DNA of 64,000 bases from an uncultured Verrucomicrobiae bacterium (GCA_963828525.1 CAWHEP010000005.1:1-64000), one strand, 5' to 3'. Counted from the first letter of the stretch, positions 49,152 through 61,412 are shown. The notes: generated by a model from the letters alone, not told the origin. Program-made: numbers and translations.

Positions 49152-51521
49152 TTACTGAACGCTGGATGCGGCCCACTTCCAGTTACGAATCTCAGGCAGA
49201 TCCTCACCGTTGGCGCGGATATACTCTTTGTGTTCAATGAGTTTGTCCTGGAGATGCTGTTTCAGGTAGGCGCTTCTGCCGTCCCCATGCGGCAACCGAT
49301 TAATCGTGTCCAACGCAAGATGGAAGCGATCCAGTTCGTTTAGCACCGTCATATCGAACGGTGTCGTAATCGTTCCTTCTTCCTTGTAGCCGCGAACATG
49401 CAGGTTCCTGTGGTTCGTCCTGCGGTAAGTAAGCCGGTGGATCAACCATGGATAGGCATGGAAAGCAAAGATGATCGGCTTGTCGCTGGTAAACAGGTCA
49501 TCGAAATCCCTGTCGCTCAGACCATGTGGATGCTCCAGGCAGGGCTGCAGCTTCATGAGATCGACTACGTTGACGACCCGGATTTTCAACTCGGGCAGAT
49601 GCTCGCGCAGGATGGAGACGGCGGCGAGCGTCTCAAGGGTTGGGACATCGCCGCAACAGGCCATCACTACGTCAGGAGCAACGCCGCCGTCGTTGCTGGC
49701 CCACTCCCAAATTCCGATACCGCGCGTGCAATGTCTTACCGCTTCTTCCATCGTCAGCCACTGCGGCGCCGGGTGTTTGCCCGCTATTACGACGTTTACG
49801 TAATGCCGGCTCAGCAAACAATGATTCATTACCGAAAGCAGACAGTTGGCGTCGGGCGGCAGATACACCCGGACGATCTCCGCCTTCTTGTTGACGACAT
49901 GATCGATAAAGCCAGGATCCTGATGCGTGAAGCCATTGTGATCCTGACGCCACACATGCGAAGCCAGCAGGTAATTCAGTGAAGCGATCTTTCTGCGCCA
50001 AGGCAGTTGAGCCGTGATTTTCAGCCACTTCGCGTGCTGGTTGAACATCGAGTCGATGATGTGAATAAACGCTTCGTAGCAGTTGAAAAGACCATGGCGC
50101 CCAGTGAGGAGATAGCCTTCCAGCCAGCCCTCGCATTGGTGCTCGCTCAGCATTTCCATCACTCGTCCGCTCGTGGCCAGGAACTCGTCATCCGGTTGCA
50201 CGGCGGCGTTCCATTGCCGCTGCGTCGTCTCGAACACTGCTTCGAGTCCATTCGACATGGTCTCGTCCGGGCCAAATAGCCGGAAGTTCCGCTGCTCGGC
50301 ATTTAGTCGAGCGACATCGCGCAGGAAGGGCCCAAGGATATGTGTATCGCCTTTGCCCGGTGTGCCTGGAAACGGAACTTCCAGCGCGTAGTCTCGGAAA
50401 TTCGGCATCCTCAGATCGCGCAACAGCATGCCTCCATTGGCCCGCGGGTTTGATCCCATGCGGCGGTCCCCGCGCGGAGCCAGTTCTGCGAGTTCCGGCT
50501 TCAGGCGGCCCTTTTCGTCGAACAATTCCTCGGGATGGTAGCTCCTGAGCCAGTCCTCCAGTTGCGCGAGGTGCTCGGGATGGGTTGCGGGATCCGAAAG
50601 CGGCACTTGGTGCGCGTGGAATGTCCCCTCGACCCGCGCTCCGTCCACCATCTTTGGGCCTGTCCACCCTTTGGGCGAATTTAGGATAATCATCGGCCAG
50701 CGGGGCCGTGTGGAGTTGCCGTGCTCTCGCGCCTGCTCCTGAATCTGCCTGATCTGCCCAACCGCCATATCCAGCGCCGAAGCCATCGCCTCATGCATGA
50801 ACGCCGGTTCGTGACCCTCCACAAAGTAGGGAGTCCAGCCGTAGCCGCGGAAGAGCTGTTCCAGTTCTTCCCTCGTGATCCGGGCGAGCAGTGTAGGGTT
50901 TGAAATTTTATAGCCGTTGAGATGCAGGATCGGGAGCACAGCCCCGTCCGTCGCGGCGTTCAAAAATTTGTTGGAATGCCAGGCAGTAGCCAGCGGACCT
51001 GTCTCCGCTTCGCCATCGCCCACGACGCAAGCCACGATCAACTCGGGGTTATCGAACACAGCCCCAAACGAGTGGCTCAAGGAATACCCAAGCTCCCCTC
51101 CTTCGTGGATTGATCCCGGAGTCTCGGGAGACGCGTGGCTTGGTATGCCCCCCGGGAAAGAAAACTGGGTGAAAAGCTTGCGAAGCCCTGCCTCGTCCTG
51201 GCTGATGTTTGGATACACCTCGCTATATGTTCCTTCTAGATAGGTATTGCCAACAACGGCTGGCCCGCCATGTCCAGGCCCGGAAACGTAGATCATGTCC
51301 GCGTCGAATTTCCGGATCACTCGATTCAGATGCACGTAGATGAAGTTCTGACCCGGAGTGGTGCCCCAGTGCCCCAGGAGCATGTGTTTTATATCGCCCA
51401 GCGCGAGCGGGCGCTTTAGCAGCGGATTATCGCGCAGGTATATCTGACCGACCGCAATGTAGTTAGCCGCCCGCCAGTAGGCATCCATCCTCTTGAGCAA
51501 CTCGTCGGTTAGCGTGTTCAT
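49152..51521 (-). CDS. xfp: Phosphoketolase
   Basis: [57 protein letters not shown]. Confidence 0.97.
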   Translation of the reverse strand: MNTLTDELLKRMDAYWRAANYIAVGQIYLRDNPLLKRPLALGDIKHMLLGHWGTTPGQNFIYVHLNRVIRKFDADMIYVSGPGHGGPAVVGNTYLEGTYSEVYPNISQDEAGLRKLFTQFSFPGGIPSHASPETPGSIHEGGELGYSLSHSFGAVFDNPELIVACVVGDGEAETGPLATAWHSNKFLNAATDGAVLPILHLNGYKISNPTLLARITREELEQLFRGYGWTPYFVEGHEPAFMHEAMASALDMAVGQIRQIQEQAREHGNSTRPRWPMIILNSPKGWTGPKMVDGARVEGTFHAHQVPLSDPATHPEHLAQLEDWLRSYHPEELFDEKGRLKPELAELAPRGDRRMGSNPRANGGMLLRDLRMPNFRDYALEVPFPGTPGKGDTHILGPFLRDVARLNAEQRNFRLFGPDETMSNGLEAVFETTQRQWNAAVQPDDEFLATSGRVMEMLSEHQCEGWLEGYLLTGRHGLFNCYEAFIHIIDSMFNQHAKWLKITAQLPWRRKIASLNYLLASHVWRQDHNGFTHQDPGFIDHVVNKKAEIVRVYLPPDANCLLSVMNHCLLSRHYVNVVIAGKHPAPQWLTMEEAVRHCTRGIGIWEWASNDGGVAPDVVMACCGDVPTLETLAAVSILREHLPELKIRVVNVVDLMKLQPCLEHPHGLSDRDFDDLFTSDKPIIFAFHAYPWLIHRLTYRRTNHRNLHVRGYKEEGTITTPFDMTVLNELDRFHLALDTINRLPHGDGRSAYLKQHLQDKLIEHKEYIRANGEDLPEIRNWKWAASSVQ

Positions 51522-51611
51522 TTGGATCAGGTCTTATTATGGCAAACACTCATTGGTTAAGTTGTATGAATAGGGGTAAACCCCCCTCAGCGCGAGTAGG
51601 CATTTAAACCG

Positions 51612-52482
51612 CTATTTCTCGAGCCGCTTTCTAATCAACAGCAATTCCTTGCGGCGATCCTTCCCGGTTTCGGGGTAGCGCATGTCAAGTCCAGTTAGCG
51701 CCCCCAATAGTATTTCTGAAATGATGAGTCGCGCGTTCAGCTTGTCATCGGCCGGTACTGACATGCCATGGCGCCTCGCGGGTGCTGGTTGCTTCCAGGC
51801 ACGCTTCATAGGCCTTCATATATCTGCTCCAGAGCTTGCGCTCTTCGATGTCGGCAAGACTAAACTTCCAGTTCTTGTCCGGCTCATCGATACGGCTCAG
51901 AAATCGTTTGCGCTGCTCTTCTTTCGATAGGTGGAGGAAAAACTTGATCACGAGCGTTGCATTGCGCGCGAGGTGATTCTCAAGCTGCGAGATGGAGCGG
52001 TAGCGATCCCGCCAAAATGCCCGCTTTGCGATCAATCCCGACGAAAAACCCCGCGCTTTGAGAATGTCGGGATGAACGCGGGTGATTAATACCTCTTCGT
52101 AGTAGGATCGGTTGAAAATACCGATCCTTCCCCGCTCTGGCAGACAGCGCGTTGTGCGCCAGAGGAAATCGTGTTGAAGTTCCTCCACGCTCGGCTGCTT
52201 GAAGCTGAAAACCTGGCAACCTTGGGGATTGATCCCCGACATCACGTGCTGGATCGCGCCATCCTTCCCGGCTGCATCCATTGCCTGGAATATCAGCAGC
52301 ACTGAGTGGCTGTCGGATGCGTAAAGGAGTTTCTGCATCGCGCTCAAGTTCCTGACGCTGTGCTTCAAATGCTTCTTGTAATCTTTTTCCGAGTCGTAGA
52401 ACGGCTTCACGATTGTAGGCCATTCATCGAGCTTCACCTTCTTGCCCACTGGCACTTGGAAACTCCGGGAGTCGATTTTCAT
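51612..52482 (-). CDS. ppk2: Polyphosphate kinase 2 family protein; frameshift near 51765
   Basis: [40 protein letters not shown]; tail VPADDK in the second frame. Confidence 0.9.
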
Positions 52483-52504
52483 ATCGGATGCATGGCCTTG
52501 CTTT

Positions 52505-53698
52505 CTACCGCGCCACCAGATTCAACAGGTTCGCCACGGAGCGGGCGATCATCAGTTCCTCATTCGTGGGGATTACCCGCACCTGAACGCGGCCTCCCTC
52601 GGCTGAGATAACTTGCGCGCCTTCTGCGTTGCGCTTGTGGTCAATGTTAATCCCAAGGAAACCGAGATCCTGGCAAATCTGCTGGCGTATGACAGGCGCG
52701 TTCTCGCCAATGCCGCCGGAAAATACGAGTATGTCGAGTCCGCCCAGCGCCGCCGCGAAGGAGCCGATCCATTTCCGGGCCTGGTAGCAGAACAGCTCAA
52801 CAGCCTCCCTGGCCCGAGCATCCCCGTCCGCGGCTAGCAAGTCGCGGATATCGGAACTTGTCTCTGAGATACCGAGCATTCCCGACTCGTGATTCACCAT
52901 GTGGTTGAATTCTTGTGGCGTCATCCCCTCGGATTCTGTGAAATAGTGAAACAAACCTGGGTCGAGGTCGCCGGAGCGCGCGCCCATTACCAGACCCGCC
53001 GTGGGTGTGAAACTCATGCTCGTATCAACAGGCTTTCCTTCATGAACCGCCGCCATGCTCGCGCCGTTCCCAAGGTGGGCCAGGATCACACGGCCTCCGG
53101 CTGCGCGCGACCCAGCGATGCTGCCGAGTTCCTCCATTAAATACTCATACGACAACCCGTGGAAGCCATACTTTCGCACCCCCTGCGCTTCGTATCGGCG
53201 TGGGATTGGCAGCAACCGCGCCACCCGGGGGAGATCGTGGTGGAACGCTGTGTCGAAGCACGCCGCTTGTCGCGCGTGGGGCAGAGCTTCGCGGAATGCT
53301 TCGATCAGCGCGACCTCTCCTGGCAAGTGCTCGGGGTCGAGCGGACTCAAGCGGCGCAGTTCTGCGATCATCTCCTCGGAAATCTCTTCCGGGTTCCAGT
53401 AACGGGGGCCTCCATGCACGATTCGATGCCCAACGGCTTCGGGCGCCTCGGCGCGCGTTCGTTCGCCGATAAACTCCACAAGAGCTCTCGCTGCGGCGCG
53501 GTGGTTCTTTGCTTCCAGAGGACGCGTAACCGCTTCCGAATCATCCGCTCCCTGCGAGCGCAAGCTGCTCCCAAGCTGCCCTATCCTTTCCATCGCGCCG
53601 CGAAGCAGGGGGCTGGAACCTCCGGCCTGGAAAAGCGCGAACTTTATGCTGGATGAACCGCCGTTCACCGTAAGGATGAGCGGCGATCCGCTGTTCAT
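52505..53698 (-). CDS. ackA: Acetate kinase
   Basis: [51 protein letters not shown]. Confidence 0.95.
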   Translation of the reverse strand: MNSGSPLILTVNGGSSSIKFALFQAGGSSPLLRGAMERIGQLGSSLRSQGADDSEAVTRPLEAKNHRAAARALVEFIGERTRAEAPEAVGHRIVHGGPRYWNPEEISEEMIAELRRLSPLDPEHLPGEVALIEAFREALPHARQAACFDTAFHHDLPRVARLLPIPRRYEAQGVRKYGFHGLSYEYLMEELGSIAGSRAAGGRVILAHLGNGASMAAVHEGKPVDTSMSFTPTAGLVMGARSGDLDPGLFHYFTESEGMTPQEFNHMVNHESGMLGISETSSDIRDLLAADGDARAREAVELFCYQARKWIGSFAAALGGLDILVFSGGIGENAPVIRQQICQDLGFLGINIDHKRNAEGAQVISAEGGRVQVRVIPTNEELMIARSVANLLNLVAR

Positions 53699-53699
53699 C

Positions 53700-54323
53700 C
53701 TAGAGGTCGCTCGCCAACCCGAGGGAAGTAAGTTGCGCGCGTGTCGAAGCTTCGTCCTTGTGGATAACGCCGTTGATTCCCATTCCCTCCGCAATTTGCA
53801 CAAACATGGGGGTGTTTTCTATGTAGGCAATCTGCTCGGGAGGCGTTTGCGAAAGATCCAAGGCAAGCTTGAAGAAGTCTGGATCCGGCTTCCGCAGATG
53901 CACAAAACACGACGAGACAAAGCAATCGACAAGCTCCGCTAGTCCGAAAGTTTTGATCCTGTGATCATTGAGCTCGCGCGCTTCGTTGCTCACCACAACA
54001 ATCTTCAACCCGTGCTTCCTCTTCAATGCGCGTATGTAAGCGATCATCTGCGGGTAAGGCTTGGACTGGGCAAAAATAAATTCCCTAAAATCCGCGCGGG
54101 TGAACGCCCGCTCCTTGAAGAAAACCACCCAGTCTAGATATTCCTCAAGGCTCAGCTTCCCGAGTTCGTACGTATCGAAAGCCTGGCCGTGCCTTGTTTC
54201 GATCTCATCGTGATTGAGCTGGAACTTTGCCGCGGCCGCGACGCGGGATGGGCGACTCCAGCCGTCGGTAAGCAGGACGCCGCCGATATCGACAAACAGA
54301 GTCTTGATCTCAGGCTGCTCCAT
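53700..54323 (-). CDS. HAD-family phosphatase
   Basis: FVDIGGVL, VVSN, RKPDP. Confidence 0.85.
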   Translation of the reverse strand: MEQPEIKTLFVDIGGVLLTDGWSRPSRVAAAAKFQLNHDEIETRHGQAFDTYELGKLSLEEYLDWVVFFKERAFTRADFREFIFAQSKPYPQMIAYIRALKRKHGLKIVVVSNEARELNDHRIKTFGLAELVDCFVSSCFVHLRKPDPDFFKLALDLSQTPPEQIAYIENTPMFVQIAEGMGINGVIHKDEASTRAQLTSLGLASDL

Positions 54324-54363
54324 GCGCGTTATGGTAACTGAAGCTGCCGAAGATCGGAGCCCG

Positions 54364-55371
54364 TCAGCTCTCGCCTGAGTAGATTCCTTGAACGGCGAGG
54401 CTGTTGCGCTCTGCCCGGTGGCGCAATGCGGTTTGAGCCTTTGCCACATTGCTCTCCAATCCACGCCATGCCTCCAGCGCGGGAGCCTGCAACGCACGAC
54501 CGAACGAAAACGTCAGCTTCATCCCAGGGCTGCGGGTAGCGCAAATCGCATTCAGCCGTTCAGTCGCTTCCACGTCTCCCTGTCCGCCAGAGAGAAACAC
54601 AATCCCAGGCGCCGCTGCCGGCACGGAGCGCCTGAAGCAACGCAAAGTCGCGTCCGCGATTTCAGCCGGGCTGCTTTGCTCCGCGCATTGATCTCCAGGC
54701 AGCACCATGTTCGTCTTCAACAGCATGCCTTCCAGCTCCACTCGATGGCTTACGAGCGCCGCGAAAACAGAATCGAGCGTCTCACGAGTGACCTCTTCGC
54801 ACCGCGAGATGGTGTGCGGCCCCTCCATCATGATCTCGGGTTCCACAATGGGTACCAGCCCAGCCTCTTGACTCAACGCAGCAAACAGCGCGAGCGCCCC
54901 CGCGTTTGCGGTGATGCACTCGCGTGTGGGCAGGCCATCCCCCATCTCAATGACGGCGCGCCACTTCGTAAATCGCGCTCCCAGCTTCCTGTAAGCGGCG
55001 AGTCGCTCTCGCAGCCCATCCAGACCCTGCGTGATCTTTTCTCCTTTGAACCCGGGCAGTGGCACAGCTCCCATGTCCACCTTGATCCCGGGGATGATTC
55101 CTTGCCGCTCGAGAACCGCCGGGATCAGAGCGCCGCCTATTTCCTGGTGGATGGTCTCGTCGAACAGAATGATTCCGCTGATGAACTCGTTCAGTGTGGG
55201 CGTGGTAAACAGCATCTCGCGGTAAGCCCGCCGATTCTCCTCCGTGGATGGCAGCTTGTATTCCGCGAATCGCTTCTCGATGCTCGGGAAGCTCTCATCT
55301 GCCGCCAAAAGGCCCTTGCCTGGGGCGAGCAGCGCCTCCGCCGTTGTTTCAAGTTCGTCCATTGCAATCAT
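54364..55371 (-). CDS. Class I fructose-bisphosphate aldolase
   Basis: KGLLAADES, GIKVD, KWR, PIVEPE, LLKTNMV, FLSGGQ, FSFGRALQ. Confidence 0.95.
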   Translation of the reverse strand: MIAMDELETTAEALLAPGKGLLAADESFPSIEKRFAEYKLPSTEENRRAYREMLFTTPTLNEFISGIILFDETIHQEIGGALIPAVLERQGIIPGIKVDMGAVPLPGFKGEKITQGLDGLRERLAAYRKLGARFTKWRAVIEMGDGLPTRECITANAGALALFAALSQEAGLVPIVEPEIMMEGPHTISRCEEVTRETLDSVFAALVSHRVELEGMLLKTNMVLPGDQCAEQSSPAEIADATLRCFRRSVPAAAPGIVFLSGGQGDVEATERLNAICATRSPGMKLTFSFGRALQAPALEAWRGLESNVAKAQTALRHRAERNSLAVQGIYSGES

Positions 55372-55431
55372 TCCCTACGTGTGTTCGTCTGGGCTCTTCC
55401 CGCCGGATGTCCAATTTGATGACCCGAGCGG

Positions 55432-56226
55432 TCAGAAGCCGATGCTAACTCCGCCATCCACCGGCAGCACCACCCCGGTTACGAATTTCGCTGCGTCTGA
55501 GCAAATATAGACCGCCGCCCACCCGATGTCCCGCGCTTCTCCGAAACGGTTCATCGGGGTGCGGCTAAGTATTTTAGCGGAGCGTGCCGGATCGTTCTGC
55601 AAAGCGTTTCGCATCATGGCGGAGTCGATCCAGCCCGGCGCGATGGCATTTACCCTCACCCCTTGGCCTGAAACCTCTGCGGCCAGCGCGCGCACCATGC
55701 CGATATAGGCGCTTTTCGCCGCGCTGTAGGCCAGCACGAGCGGGATACCGAATAGGGAAGCCATTGACGCGGTGAATAGTATATTCCCGTGCCCGCGCCG
55801 CAGCATTCCGGGGAGAACTGCGGCGGTGAGCGCGTGAGCTCCCAAGACGTGTGTCTTCAGGACTGATTCGAATTCCGCCATGGAAGTTTCCACCGCGGGT
55901 TTCTTCAAATGGATCCCCGCATTATTAACCAGGATAGAGACGGGAGATCCCGCCGTCTCTTCGGCTTTCCCGACGAAGTCCTCCGCAGCTGCGAAGTCGA
56001 GCACATCGTGGGCAAGTCCCACTGCGCTCGGCCCCAGTTGGCTCACGCTTTTCTCAATTTCATTAACGCGGCGTCCAACCAGGATCACCCGCGCGCCCGC
56101 CGCTACAAAACAGCGGGCCATTCCAAAGCCCAGGCCGGTGGCGCCTCCCGTGATGAGCGCGGTCTCCCCCTTCAGGGAAAAAGCGTCCGCAGCCTCCTTC
56201 GGGATCGGCGATTCAGAGGATTTCAT
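55432..56226 (-). CDS. SDR family oxidoreductase
   Basis: [28 protein letters not shown]. Confidence 0.92.
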   Translation of the reverse strand: MKSSESPIPKEAADAFSLKGETALITGGATGLGFGMARCFVAAGARVILVGRRVNEIEKSVSQLGPSAVGLAHDVLDFAAAEDFVGKAEETAGSPVSILVNNAGIHLKKPAVETSMAEFESVLKTHVLGAHALTAAVLPGMLRRGHGNILFTASMASLFGIPLVLAYSAAKSAYIGMVRALAAEVSGQGVRVNAIAPGWIDSAMMRNALQNDPARSAKILSRTPMNRFGEARDIGWAAVYICSDAAKFVTGVVLPVDGGVSIGF

Positions 56227-56229
56227 GGT

Positions 56230-56955
56230 TCACGCTGCCGCTTTCCGCGCGACATACACAGTGCTCATACATTCGCTCTCCAGCAGCGGGTTTGTGAACT
56301 TCACGACGTGCGGCATGGCGCATTCGAAAACTTCATCAAGCGAGCGGATAAATTGCTCGTCGGGTGGGTCGTCCGACCACAGAGCGAACACGCCACCGGG
56401 ATGCAGATGGGAAGCGAGCATGCGCAGCCCTTCAGCTCCATAGAACCCGCCATGGCGCGGGTGCAGCAAATTGCGCGGCGAATGGTCTATGTCCAGCAAC
56501 ACCGCGTGGAATTTCCGGCCGGGCTCGCTGGGGTCAAATCCCTCCGCGGAGTTCGCCAGCGCGAAGAAGTCCGCATGCGCGAAACGCGCGCGCGGATCGG
56601 CGGTCAGCACCGCCCCAAGCGGTACGAGCCCTTGTTGATGCCACCCGATTACAGGCTGGAGAGCCTCTACGATAATCAGCGAGCGGGCGTTAGTATGCTG
56701 GAGCGCCGCGACTGCCGTGTAGCCCAAGCCAAGCCCTCCCACCACCACATCCCATCCGTTCCCCTTGAGTTGCGCCAAACCCAGGTTCGCAAGCGCTTCT
56801 TCAACGTCATGAAACAAGCTCGACATCAGGAACGCGTTGCCCAGCTTCACCTCGAATATCTCCAAACCGCCCATCGACAAAAGCCTTCTCCGGCGCAGGG
56901 TCAATTCGCCGAGCGATGTCTCCTGATAGTCCAGTTCCTCGAAATTTTTACTCAT
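56230..56955 (-). CDS. Spermidine-synthase-like SAM-dependent transferase
   Basis: FLMSS, VVGGLGLGYT, LLDIDHSP, PGGVFALWS. Confidence 0.8.
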   Translation of the reverse strand: MSKNFEELDYQETSLGELTLRRRRLLSMGGLEIFEVKLGNAFLMSSLFHDVEEALANLGLAQLKGNGWDVVVGGLGLGYTAVAALQHTNARSLIIVEALQPVIGWHQQGLVPLGAVLTADPRARFAHADFFALANSAEGFDPSEPGRKFHAVLLDIDHSPRNLLHPRHGGFYGAEGLRMLASHLHPGGVFALWSDDPPDEQFIRSLDEVFECAMPHVVKFTNPLLESECMSTVYVARKAAA

Positions 56956-57106
56956 CCCGTCCCATATACAGGCAAACCCTGCGTTTTAACCACCCGCAAA
57001 ACGCCGGAGCCTGAAACCAGCGGTCAAATGACCATATCACGTATCTTTAGCGTTGGCTTCGATTCGGTGCCCCAAGGTCTGCATTCCCCCGACAATCCCC
57101 AAAACT

Positions 57107-57547
57107 TCAAGGGCGGCGCCTTCCAGCGGCGAGCATCAGGCAGGCTTTCTCGATACGCTGCCTGTGCTTGTCCGGTTCCTTCACGGAGTCCATCCATCCA
57201 ATGAAGTCTCTGCGCTCGTCCGGCGTGAGATCGCTCCACTGGGCCTTTGAGATCGGATTGGCAGCGAGTGTCTTGTGCAGGTCCAGTGACACTATCGAAT
57301 AACAGCAGGGACGACGTTTGCCACCGGCAACCATCGAGCAGGTTCGTTCGATCCTGCGACGGCGTGTCTCGGGTTTTTTTGCTGAGTCGATCCAACTTAC
57401 GAAATCCCTGCGGGCGATTGGCGTCAGATTGCTCCACTTCGCCTCCGCCCCTGGGTTGGCGAGTAGAGCAGCGCAAAGATCCGGGGGCTGTTCGGATAGA
57501 AACCTGTTCTTAGCCTGCTTTGGTTTCACCATGTTTGCCGCGAGCAA
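57107..57547 (-). CDS. YdeI/OmpD-associated domain protein, two tandem copies
   Basis: Two repeats of L.ANP...W..LTP..RRDF..W.DS.K.P....RIE..C.M...G.RRP. Confidence 0.75.
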   Translation of the reverse strand: MLAANMVKPKQAKNRFLSEQPPDLCAALLANPGAEAKWSNLTPIARRDFVSWIDSAKKPETRRRRIERTCSMVAGGKRRPCCYSIVSLDLHKTLAANPISKAQWSDLTPDERRDFIGWMDSVKEPDKHRQRIEKACLMLAAGRRRP

Positions 57548-60500
57548 TTACTTCCTTTGCGAGATCCATTTGCGCAGGGAGCAGGGTTGCGTTGTTGAAT
57601 AGACGGTTGACCTTTGCATAGGCGTTGCCAGCCATGGAGCGCGCTTCTGCGGGGTTCTCCACGCAACGTCGAATGCCCGTGGCAAGAGACTCCGCGGAAC
57701 CGGGCTCGACGAGATGCGCTTCCCACGCGTCGGAAATCATCTCGGGAACACCGAATACTTTGGTGCTCACGATTGGAAGTCGGAAGGCCATCGCCTCCAG
57801 GATAACGCGCGGAAAGGACTCCTCCAGGCTGGAGCAGACGAAAATGTCGCTGGCGGCAAAGTAATCATACACTTCTCCCGTTTCCTCGATGATGCGGACA
57901 TCCTGCATGCTGTGTTTGTCGATCTGCGAGTGGAGCATGTCCAGATAGGCGGATTTCCTCCCGCCGACCATAAGGAAGATGAGCGCGGTTTTTTTGCGCA
58001 GTTTTTCCAGTTCCTTGATCGCCAGCAGGAAGATGTGCTGCCCTTTCCTTTCGCACGTGGTTCCTATGACGCTGATGACAGTATGATCGCAGGGAATATT
58101 ATGCTTGGCGCGCAGGCGCGCCTTGTCATGCTTACGGCGGAACTCATCGATCTGCGCCACATCCACGCCGCCGTGGATCGTCAAATAATTTTGCCCCTTG
58201 TCGAATTTCCCAAATAGGCGCCGGGTTGCGTTTGCCTGGAACACGACTCGATCCGCTGCCTCAAGGCAATCCTCAGTCATCTTTGCCACAGAAGAAGTCA
58301 CCGGCAGGAAGTCGCGGATGGCGGCGCTTTCGTGGATATGCCAGATGACGGGAATATCAGAGAGGAGCGCCATCTTCACCGCCCCGAACGAGAGCAGGGT
58401 ATTGCAAACGACGAGGTCGAAGGAGGCGAGGTCACTCTGCTTTGCGATCTCCAGCAGACGGCTCTGAAATTCTGAAGCGGACTCGCTCGCCCGGGAATGG
58501 AGGTCTGGTTCGATCTTCACTTGCATGCCCGCCTCATGGTAACGCTCGCTGAGTATCCCCGGCTCCGGAGAGAGCACCACAACCTCGTTTCCCCGCTGCG
58601 CGAAGTATCGCGCGTAGTCGAGAATAATGAGCGGCGCGCCTGCAAGGCTCAGATTGTGGGAAACGACGAGGATACGCGCCCGCTTAATCCTTTCTTTGTG
58701 ACCGAAATGACGCGGATTCACGGCCATGAACGCGGAATTGAGATCCAAATTGGGGTTAAACCAGGGATCGCGGAAGGAACGATATTTCTTCAGGAAGTTC
58801 GCGTGCTCATCAGGGTTGTAGCCCCGTCCGCGCGAGACTCCGCAGTGGTGCAACAGACTGGCCCCCGGCGAATACACGATCCGCTTGCCCCTCTCTCCCA
58901 GCCTGAGGCAGAAATCCACATCGTTGAATTCCACAGCGAACTTTTGTTCATCAAAACCGCCCAGCTCGTTATAGAGCGTTTTCGAAGTCAGGAGACACGC
59001 CGCGGTGACCGCGGACACATTGCGCGCCGCGTGTGAAAGGAAGTTAAATCCCATCAGACGATCATCCATGGACTCGAAGCAATGAGCAGCCAGCCCATTA
59101 TTCGCTCCGACGAACACCCCTGCATGCTGGATCAGGTTGTCGCCGGGATAGAGCAGTTTGGCGCCGACTGCTCCGACTCCAGGAACGGACATCCACCCTG
59201 CCATGTCCTTAAGCCATCCCGAGGCCACGGCCTCCATATCGTTGTTTAATAGAAGCACGAGCGGTGTCCGGGCTTCCGCCACCCCTCGGTTCACAAGGCG
59301 CGAGAAGTTGAACTGATCCTCTCCCGCTTCCATGGTGATGACCCTGCAAGACAGAACGCCTGCTCGTTCGATCTCTGCCAGATACTCAATTGTCGCCGGG
59401 TCATCCGACCGGTCATTTACTATGATCAAGTCGGCGTGACTTGGGTCAACCGTTCTCGCCAGGCTTGCGACACATTTCTTAAGTAGATCACCGCGGTTTC
59501 GCGTCGGTATGATGATTGTGACCCGGCCCGCCTCGGTGAGCTTGCTGTCCCAGTTTAGCTGGTAGAGGCAGAGGTTCCCCCTCTCCGCGAACTCCGGCAG
59601 GAACGGCCGGGCTTTCAGGCCACGGCGCTCAAGTGATTCTTCGATTGCTTTCAGCGCGCTCTCGAAGACGTAACTCTTCTGCCCCCCATGCGAAGCTGTG
59701 CTTTCAGCATGGCACCGCCAGTGGTAACAGACGAAAGGAACGTGCAGAATTCGATCCGGCTCGGTTCGCTCGATCACACGTAGATACAGATCTAGATCCT
59801 GCGCGCCTTCAAACCCCGGTCGGAGTCCGCCAATCTCCTCGACAAGGCTGCGACGGATCGTAGTGAAGTGCTGTATGTAGTTGTGCGTGAGCGACATTTC
59901 AGGACTAAACGCGCCCTTGAAGATCGGATCATATCTCGTGCCCGCCGCGTCCATCTTATCCTCATCCGTGTAGATCAAGTCCGCGGCGGGCTGCGCCATG
60001 ATCGCCTCCGCCACGTGCAGCAAGGCATCGGGGCTGAGGAGATCGTCGTGGTCGAGCAGCGAGATGTAATCGCCAGTCGCCATTTCCAATGCTGAGTTGG
60101 TCGCCCGGACGATGTGGCCGTTCGTTTCGCGCCACAAAACCTTGATCCTGCCATCCCGCTTAGCGGCCGTTTCAAGCAGCGTGCGCATATGCGGCTCGGT
60201 TGACGCGTCGTCCGCCAAACAGAGTTCCCAGTTAGGATAGAACTGGTTCACGACCGAGTCGATCATCTCCTGCAGGAAAGCGGCCGGGGTATTGTAGGTT
60301 GGCGTCAGGATGCTGATCGTGGGGCCGGCAGCGCGCAACCGATCAGCGTCCTTTTTCATGCGCGCCACCAGCGCGGGGGTGAGCGTGTTGGTCTCCAGCC
60401 ATGCGGCGTAGGGCGGTTTTGTCTCGCAGGGTATGGAATGCTCAAAGTCGTGCTGCCTTCCAGGTTCGTGCGTGACGCGAATCTCCCTTAAGAAGACTGG

Positions 60501-61412
60501 AGCCCGGGCGCCATCTTCCAGCTCGGCATCCACTCGCAAAAGCACGGGCCCGGCAAAGCCGAGTCCTATCGGGAGATAAGCGTTAAACCCGGAAATTCGG
60601 GCGTCCGCGACATAGGGATGACATTCCGCCACGTCATACCTGACCATTTTGAACGTGGCAGGCACGTCATCCATTCCATCGTGGGACACAAACAGGCGCT
60701 TGATCGAGCCTTCGTCGCGGAATACCCACCCGGAGACGAATAGCGATCCTGAGAGATTGTTGACGACTTCAGCAGGGTTCTCCAGGCAACCGACAAACCG
60801 TGGAGGGCCGCAAACGGCTGCCGGCATCAATGCCGGAGCTTGAGACGGGGGAGGCGCTTTCTTTGGCTCAATTTCGAATGAATGAAATGTTTCCCAGTCG
60901 GTTCCGGCGCGCGCCGCTTGCAGAGTGATGCGGACGGGTAGCGCGGGTATAAGCGCGGTGATCTCAAATCCGCTGAATCGAGAGTTTGCCAGCCCATTGA
61001 ACGTCCCTCCTATATTGGCTCGCTCCAAGCCGTAGGAGGCCCTGACAAACCTCCCGCCAAACTGCGCTCGCACTCCACTCACTTCCTCTCCTAGCGCGGT
61101 GAAGCACCAGCCCTTGAAAGTTACCTCCCCGTTGGCAGCATGCTCGGGAGGGTCGATTTCGAAACGGTAAACCGGCTTATGATGCCTCCTTGAGGCTGGA
61201 CTTGGTGGTTCGGGCTTTCCTCGCGGGGGAAGAGCAGCAGCGGGTTCCTCGCTGCCCATGGTGCGGGCCGCGAGAATCTTCACGAGCAGAACGATCTCCG
61301 CTCGCGCTTCTTCCAACTCGGAGCGCGTTCTCGCCAGCAGTTGGCGGGAGTGTTCCGCTCCGTCCGCTGAAGTGCCCGCGCCGTTGGAGTTGGAATCGCG
61401 TTCGTGTTTCAT
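57510..61412 (-). CDS. Multidomain glycosyltransferase (GT2 + GT2 + GT4)
   Basis: ISILTPTYN..LDHDD; IIIPTRN..LLNND..AVTAACL; C-terminal ERKGQ, EESFPRVILEAMA. Confidence 0.92.
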   Translation of the reverse strand: MKHERDSNSNGAGTSADGAEHSRQLLARTRSELEEARAEIVLLVKILAARTMGSEEPAAALPPRGKPEPPSPASRRHHKPVYRFEIDPPEHAANGEVTFKGWCFTALGEEVSGVRAQFGGRFVRASYGLERANIGGTFNGLANSRFSGFEITALIPALPVRITLQAARAGTDWETFHSFEIEPKKAPPPSQAPALMPAAVCGPPRFVGCLENPAEVVNNLSGSLFVSGWVFRDEGSIKRLFVSHDGMDDVPATFKMVRYDVAECHPYVADARISGFNAYLPIGLGFAGPVLLRVDAELEDGARAPVFLREIRVTHEPGRQHDFEHSIPCETKPPYAAWLETNTLTPALVARMKKDADRLRAAGPTISILTPTYNTPAAFLQEMIDSVVNQFYPNWELCLADDASTEPHMRTLLETAAKRDGRIKVLWRETNGHIVRATNSALEMATGDYISLLDHDDLLSPDALLHVAEAIMAQPAADLIYTDEDKMDAAGTRYDPIFKGAFSPEMSLTHNYIQHFTTIRRSLVEEIGGLRPGFEGAQDLDLYLRVIERTEPDRILHVPFVCYHWRCHAESTASHGGQKSYVFESALKAIEESLERRGLKARPFLPEFAERGNLCLYQLNWDSKLTEAGRVTIIIPTRNRGDLLKKCVASLARTVDPSHADLIIVNDRSDDPATIEYLAEIERAGVLSCRVITMEAGEDQFNFSRLVNRGVAEARTPLVLLLNNDMEAVASGWLKDMAGWMSVPGVGAVGAKLLYPGDNLIQHAGVFVGANNGLAAHCFESMDDRLMGFNFLSHAARNVSAVTAACLLTSKTLYNELGGFDEQKFAVEFNDVDFCLRLGERGKRIVYSPGASLLHHCGVSRGRGYNPDEHANFLKKYRSFRDPWFNPNLDLNSAFMAVNPRHFGHKERIKRARILVVSHNLSLAGAPLIILDYARYFAQRGNEVVVLSPEPGILSERYHEAGMQVKIEPDLHSRASESASEFQSRLLEIAKQSDLASFDLVVCNTLLSFGAVKMALLSDIPVIWHIHESAAIRDFLPVTSSVAKMTEDCLEAADRVVFQANATRRLFGKFDKGQNYLTIHGGVDVAQIDEFRRKHDKARLRAKHNIPCDHTVISVIGTTCERKGQHIFLLAIKELEKLRKKTALIFLMVGGRKSAYLDMLHSQIDKHSMQDVRIIEETGEVYDYFAASDIFVCSSLEESFPRVILEAMAFRLPIVSTKVFGVPEMISDAWEAHLVEPGSAESLATGIRRCVENPAEARSMAGNAYAKVNRLFNNATLLPAQMDLAKEVIARGKHGETKAG

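Noticed and set aside
55909..57204. 431-aa plus-strand ORF and other long antisense ORFs (e.g. 29770-31020, 38946-40061, 54388-55419)
   Set aside because: Shadow frames of well-supported opposite-strand genes in high-GC DNA; no recognisable motifs
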